Of a DNA stretch of 64,000 bases, positions 58,521 to 64,000 are shown in pieces. This DNA comes from the human T2T-CHM13v2.0 reference genome, Homo sapiens, in assembly GCF_009914755.1 (NCBI RefSeq), contig NC_060927.1; one strand, written 5' to 3'. The stretch's first letter is position 1. Each line of letters begins with the position of its first letter. The translations under genes were made by a program, and so were the position numbers. Under the pieces are notes generated by a model, which worked only from the letters and a program-made list of their open reading frames with translations, did not search any database and was not told the DNA's origin.

Positions 58521-59076
58521 TGTTACCGGAAAGGGGTCCCAATCTAGACCCCAAGAGAGGATTCTTGGATCTCGCTCAAGAAAGAATTCTAGGCGAGTCC
58601 ATGGAGTAAAGTGAAAGCAGGTTTATTAAGACTGTAAAGGAGTAAAAGAATGGCTACTCCATAAGCAGAGGAGCCCCAAGAGCTGCTGGCTGCCCATTTT
58701 CATGGTTATTTATTGATTATATGCTAAACAAAAGATGGATTATTCATGCTTCCCCTTTTTAGACCCATATAGGGTAACTTCCTGACATTGCCATGGCATT
58801 TGTAAACTGTCGTGGCGCTGGTGGGCGTGTAGCAGTAAGGATGACCAGAAGTCACTCTTGTTGCCATCTTGGTTTTGGTGGGTTTTGGCCAGCTTCTTTA
58901 CTTGCAACCTGTTTTATCAGCAAGGTCTTTATGACCTGTATCTTGTGCTGACCTCCTATCTTATCCTGTGACTTAGAATGCCTTAACCTCCTGAGAATGC
59001 AGCCAAGCAGGTCTCAGTCTTATTTCACCCAGCCCCTATTCAAGATGGAGTTGCTCTGGTTCAAATGCCTCTGACA
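58521..59076 (-). mobile_element. Solo MER41A LTR (ERV1)
   Basis: Revcomp begins TGTCAGAGGCATTTGAACCAGAGCAACTCCATCTTG and ends CCTTTCCGGTAACA; 556 bp; perfect 4-bp TSD TAAT (58517-58520, 59077-59080). Confidence 0.93.
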
Positions 59077-59424
59077 TAATTATCTGTGGTTAGCTGTCTA
59101 TATTAGTCCCTAAACTTCACCCTCTTCCATTACCAACTCTGAACTGACCTCTAACTGCACAGAGTGATAAGTCCTGCGTCAGGTAAAAGACTGAAGCTCC
59201 TCTGTATTAAAAAGTGTCCTCTTTGGAAAATCAGGAACTACTGCAGAGCTATTGAAAGAAAAGCTATGGTGTTCTGAACTTAAAATTCCCTCCCTAAAAT
59301 TGCTATGAGCTCTAATTTCAGTCTCTTTCCTACTCTGATCCCTTATATAGAGCAGAAGATGGCCAGAGACTAGCTACTAGTCTTACTTAGTCACTCTTCA
59401 TTGATCAATTGTATCATTAGTTGA

Positions 59425-60020
59425 TGCATTCATTCATTCACCCATCAAAAACAGATTTTGGATGCCTCCTGCAGCCCAGATACTACTTTGGATCTCAGAA
59501 TATAGCAAGAAAATGTAATGATCCTACCTTAATAAGGAGCTCACAGTTTAGTTGGAGGAGACAGATGAAGAAATCAATAATTATACGCAGGATGATGAAT
59601 GTTAATGATAGAGATATGAATACAGTAACAAGGAAACACAAAGAAGGGGAAAAGTTGGGAAGTGGTACTAAAGCAGAGAGCTGAGTCTTTAAAGATAAAT
59701 AAATTGGTCAGGCAAATAAGGGAGAAAAAGACATTTTGAACATAGAAAATAGCAGGGCAAAAGTGAGGAAGCATGACAGAACAAAATATTCTTGAGAAGC
59801 TGCAATGGGGAGTGTGTGTGCCCGTGTTTGTATATGTATGTGTATCTTGTGTATCTTTCAGGGGAAGTTGGGAAGGATTGATCAGTGATAAAATTTAAAA
59901 AGTGATCCAGGGTTTCATCATGATGGGTATGTGTTGCATATTAAACAACTTTAACTTTGCCTTGAAAACTAGGATGACGCTTAGGATGATTTTAAGCAAG
60001 AAAGTGATGGATTCGCATTT
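59425..60020 (-). mobile_element. L2 3' portion
   Basis: (CATT)n tail at 59427, GGAGCTCACAGTTTAGTTGGAGGAGACAGA, GATTTTAAGCAAGAAAGTGA. Confidence 0.65.
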
Positions 60021-60753
60021 ACATAGCTTATATAACAGTTTATGGCTTCACCCTTCTATGTACCACCTATATCCTCACAAAGCCTTAAAGCCATGAGCAA
60101 AAAGAGGTCAAGGTCCTGAGAGGCTTCTCAGACCATAAGCAAGACCAAAAGGATTAGGTTGCATTAAGCAAATTAATACTAGCATCTATGGTTTAATCTC
60201 ATTGAAATTTTATAAATTTCATACAAAGCCAAGATTAAATTAAATTATATGCAGAAAAATATCCTAAATCAGATATCAGCTCTAGGGTTATTGAACTATT
60301 TTCCATCTCATTTTAGAATTTAATTGAAGAAAACATATTCTGTGTGGTACACCACTTAATTTCTATTAATAATAACACCCTTTTGGAGATGTCCTTAGCT
60401 GACTTAGCATTGTCTCCCAAAAGCAGAAAGATAAATAACAAGTGGATTATTCATCAAGTGACATTGCTTTTGTCTGGAAACATATCCCATTGCTGTTGGA
60501 GGTTTTAAAAATAGTTAAAAGTCCTAAATTGCCTGAGTTGCAGTTTTCTCAGAGGAATATATAATAAATCATCCTCCAAGCCAGACTGTATAAACAAATA
60601 GTTTCTGTTCTAAAAAGGGCTTGCTCTGAGGTCCAGAGAGTCAAAACAATTTTCAGGGAAACTCACATAATATTGTCAGCTTTTATAAATTATCTCTTGA
60701 ACTTTAGTATTTTAAAAAAGCAATCTTTAGACCCAAGCAGTGGCATCTATTGT

Positions 60754-61218
60754 TGTGTTAGTCTGTTCTTGCATTGCTATAAAGAAATACCTGAGGCTGG
60801 GTAGTTTATAAAGAAAAGAGATTTAACTGGCTCACGGTTCTGCAGGCTGTACAGGAAGTATGGTGACAGCATTTGCTCGGCTTCTGGTGAGGCCTCAGGG
60901 AGCTTTTACTCATGGCAGAGGGTGCAGAAGGTGAAGCAAAGAAGGCGTAGACATGTCACATGGTAAGAGATGGAATAAGAGGGAGGGGTTGGGGGGGGCA
61001 AGACAGGGGATGGTGGGGAGGTCTCAGACTCTTTTAAACAACCAGATTTTGTGTGAACTAACAGAGCGAGAACTCACGGATCACCAAGAGGATGGTGCTA
61101 AGCCATTTGTGAGGGATCTGCTCCCAAGATACAATACTTCCTACTAGGCCTCGCCTTCAGCATTGGCAGTCACATTTCAACATGAGATTTGGAGGAGACA
61201 AACATTCAAACCACATCA
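60754..61218 (-). mobile_element. Solo MSTB-like MaLR LTR
   Basis: TGTGTTAGTCTGTTCTTGCATTGCTATAAAGAAATACCTGAG...CAAACCACATCA; 5-bp TSD ATTGT/ACTGT. Confidence 0.9.
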
Positions 61219-62490
61219 ACTGTGGTCTGTACTTCTTACCTACACATACCAGGGGTGACTTATAAGGCAAAATAATCAGCATTTCATGCAACCAATCCCT
61301 GAAAGACAGAAGGTGGCTAATTTAATTCCTACGGGCTGAGCACATCCACAAATATAGACACTTGGCCCTAGCATGGAGAGGTGATGAGAAACTTCTTTAA
61401 TACTAAATAAAGCAGGAAGCCACCATTGGATATTTCAAGGGCTATAAGTTTACAAGAAATCTGACAGATTTTGATCTGTAAGTTAGAAGCTGAACCACAG
61501 AGATTTAAGTCAGAATGAGTAATGCCAGGAGATGAAGATGGTCAAGAACTTAGCACTGACGACACTTAGCTCTTATTTACTGCAATTCCCATGTCACTGC
61601 AAAATTTTAGTATCATTGTGATGATGACCAGATCACATCTTGTGCTTTTCCCAGAGAGGCTACTGATGTAGTAACCCCTTTAAGCTGATATTTTTCTAAA
61701 TCATAGTTCAGTATTTGTTTATAGAGATATCTCAGGTGTGTTGAAGGAAGGAAAGGAAAAGAAGGTCCCATTGTCAGTTCCAGATTCTGTCTTCCACTCG
61801 GAAGAACAGAAGGCTGAAGTTAACCTGCTTGACCTTCCTTAGACAGCATTTTAGGTACCATCTGTTGATAGTTGAGCATATCCTTTCAGGGTCTATTCCT
61901 CCATCTGAAGTGGCTTATGAAAATGCTGCTTGAAAACACATGCAGACTCACTTCCCGTCTCTCTTTATCCAGGAGTTCTGACAAATAAATTTTCTTCATC
62001 TCTTAACATTTTATGTGACATTTTAGTGGTCCAGTCAATTGCCCAGTTGATCTGGCCCTGGTCATAATTGAATGCCATCTATCTGAAGAAACACTACACA
62101 CAGTCAATGCAGCTTGCTGCTTTATAGCATATTTATAGTTTACCAAGCTTATTCAAATAAATTTACTCATTCACATACCTTTCCGAAATAAGAGAGAGAG
62201 AGAGAGAACAACATGCCCAAAGTCATACAGCTCATAAATGGCAGAGCTTGAAACTCAAACTCAGGTCTTCTAACTGTAAATTTCATAATTCATCCACTAA
62301 AGCATACTTCTAGATTGAGCCTTATGGAACCCTTTGTGCCCAGTGGTCATTGTAACGGGAGAAAAAAAAAAAGATAACCTTTACCTTCAGATAGGTATGA
62401 TATAAGTGAAGGAGTACTTACAATCTAGTTCCACAGGCATGGGATCTTTGATGATGTTGCAAAATGTACTGGTCTAAAATAGACCCTATA

Positions 62491-62688
62491 CAATAAATTA
62501 TATTTATCCTACAGTGTGGCAGAACAGATTTTGAGTGCTCACAACACAAAGAAATGATAAATATTTGAGGTGATGGATATGCCTATTACCCTGGTTTGAT
62601 CATAACACATTGTATACATGTATCAAAATGTCCCCCTGTATCCCATATATGTGTACAATTATCACGTGTCAACAAAAATAAAAGGAAA
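62491..62688 (+). mobile_element. Short L1MA (MA2-4-like) 3' end with perfect 15-bp TSD
   Basis: CAACACAAAGAAATGATAAATATTTGAGGTGATGGATATG; AAAATAGACCCTATA at 62476-62490 and 62689-62703. Confidence 0.88.
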
Positions 62689-63277
62689 AAAATAGACCCT
62701 ATAATAATAATTGTCATTAGGCAATAGATAGATACTGCTGTTGATAAGTAAAGTAAATACTAAGATACTGATGAATAGAGTAGTGAAGACTGACAAGTAA
62801 AGTAAATGATTCCCGGAGTAAACTGGATGATATGCAGGCTCCTTTAACCCCTGTGTGTCTCTTGACAATAGTGGAAATTTTTGTAACTAATTGGTTATTT
62901 AATAATGTGACAAAGCTGAATGTTTCACTGTGTCGCGAGCAATTTGGCACATTGAACTAAAGGAAACCTTATTCATAGTTAACAAGAGTACAACCTCTAA
63001 GTCTTTTTAAAGTCACATTTATTTACACCTAGTTTTTTTTCTTTAAAAAGACAGGAAACTTCAAATAGAGTAATATTTGTAAAGTTAACAAAAAGTTTGA
63101 AGTATATATTTTTTACACATTAGTTTTATCACTTTCATGTACTCATAGTATCCAGAGCTAGGTTAATATAAAGTTCATAATTAGTATATTAAAGTAAAAA
63201 CCTAGAACAGCTTAACTTTTATCAGTTCTAGAGGAAAATGTGCTTATTGGGCACTTAGTAAAGAGCCCTGGAGATTT

Positions 63278-63279
63278 TA

Positions 63280-63357
<78 letters not shown>

Positions 63358-63407
63358 CACACACATATATATACACATATATATATACACACATATATAT
63401 GTATATG
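63278..63407. repeat. Compound microsatellite with (TA)17(CA)15 core and degenerate flanks
   Basis: (TA)17 at 63288-63321, (CA)15 at 63322-63351. Confidence 0.95.
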
Positions 63408-64000
63408 AGGCCCTGCTCTCAAGACATTTAAGGAGTGGCTTCATTGTGTGAATATGGAAGTTAATACGGTGGCAGGCTTAAAATGCTTATGGCAGCTCTC
63501 CCACTTCCTATTAAAATATTCATAAAAATATAAAAGCTTTTTTTTAAGCTGGCAACATCACTGTAAATTCAAGATAACAGAAGACCATATGCCAAATCTG
63601 GGTGGAATTTCAACTAATTGCATCAGCCATGTGGATAAAATCAAGAAGTACATTCTTGAGCTGCACAACACATGCTCTAATCTCTGAACCAGAACAGGCC
63701 AGACGGACCCAGTAAAGTTGGGGAAAAGCTTTTATTCACCTTCTCTGTAAGTGCCTAACTCTGAAACAGTGAAGATGTACTGACTAAACAAACAAGTACC
63801 CATTCTGTAACTTCAGAGGAACCAAATAAAGCCAAGGTTTTACCCTCTCCACATTTATTCCTATTATACTGTTTTTATTATCATCATTTCAAAATGGTAA
63901 TTTCCAGAAGGTGGCACAGAAGAAAGTACATAGGAATGAGAAGAGACTCATTGAAATATATCATATTTAATCCTCCAAACCTAGGCAGAGACAAGAAGAC

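Noticed and set aside
58521-59076. Interferon-inducible STAT1 enhancer of the MER41B type
   Set aside because: This copy has the MER41A-type junction, and I see no TTCNNNGAA GAS tandem in it.

Overview
Primate genomic DNA (catarrhine, human-like, from AluY/AluS, L1PA, LTR12, MER41 and THE1 content). It is AT-rich and repeat-dominated: roughly 45% decayed LINE-1 by my rough tally, and only four Alus. No intact cellular protein-coding gene, RNA gene or CRISPR array is recognisable, and nearly all track ORFs are L1/Alu/LTR fragments or noise. Main components: a nested L1PB / L1PA15-16 / MST / THE1 / L1MA stack with Tigger3, MER2 and AluY (1.4-15 kb); a full-length L1PA7-like element (-) head-to-head with an L1PA16-like element (+) across a ~300-bp spacer (19.9-32.6 kb); a solo LTR12F (34.5 kb); a full-length L1PA8-like element with 12-bp TSDs (46.7-53.1 kb); a 5'-truncated ATP6V0C (V-ATPase c subunit) retropseudogene (57.5-58.2 kb); and MER41A and MSTB solo LTRs. 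The best leads are an open 83-aa ORF0-like antisense frame in the L1PA8 5'UTR, and a possible + strand transcript made from recycled parts: L1 antisense promoter or LTR12F, a cryptic 90-nt exon, and the ATP6V0C retrocopy as terminal exon behind a textbook 3' splice site. A tailless Alu with perfect TSDs is also notable. These are sequence-only hypotheses with no expression evidence. Subfamily names come from recalled consensus sequences, and boundaries of old repeats are approximate.
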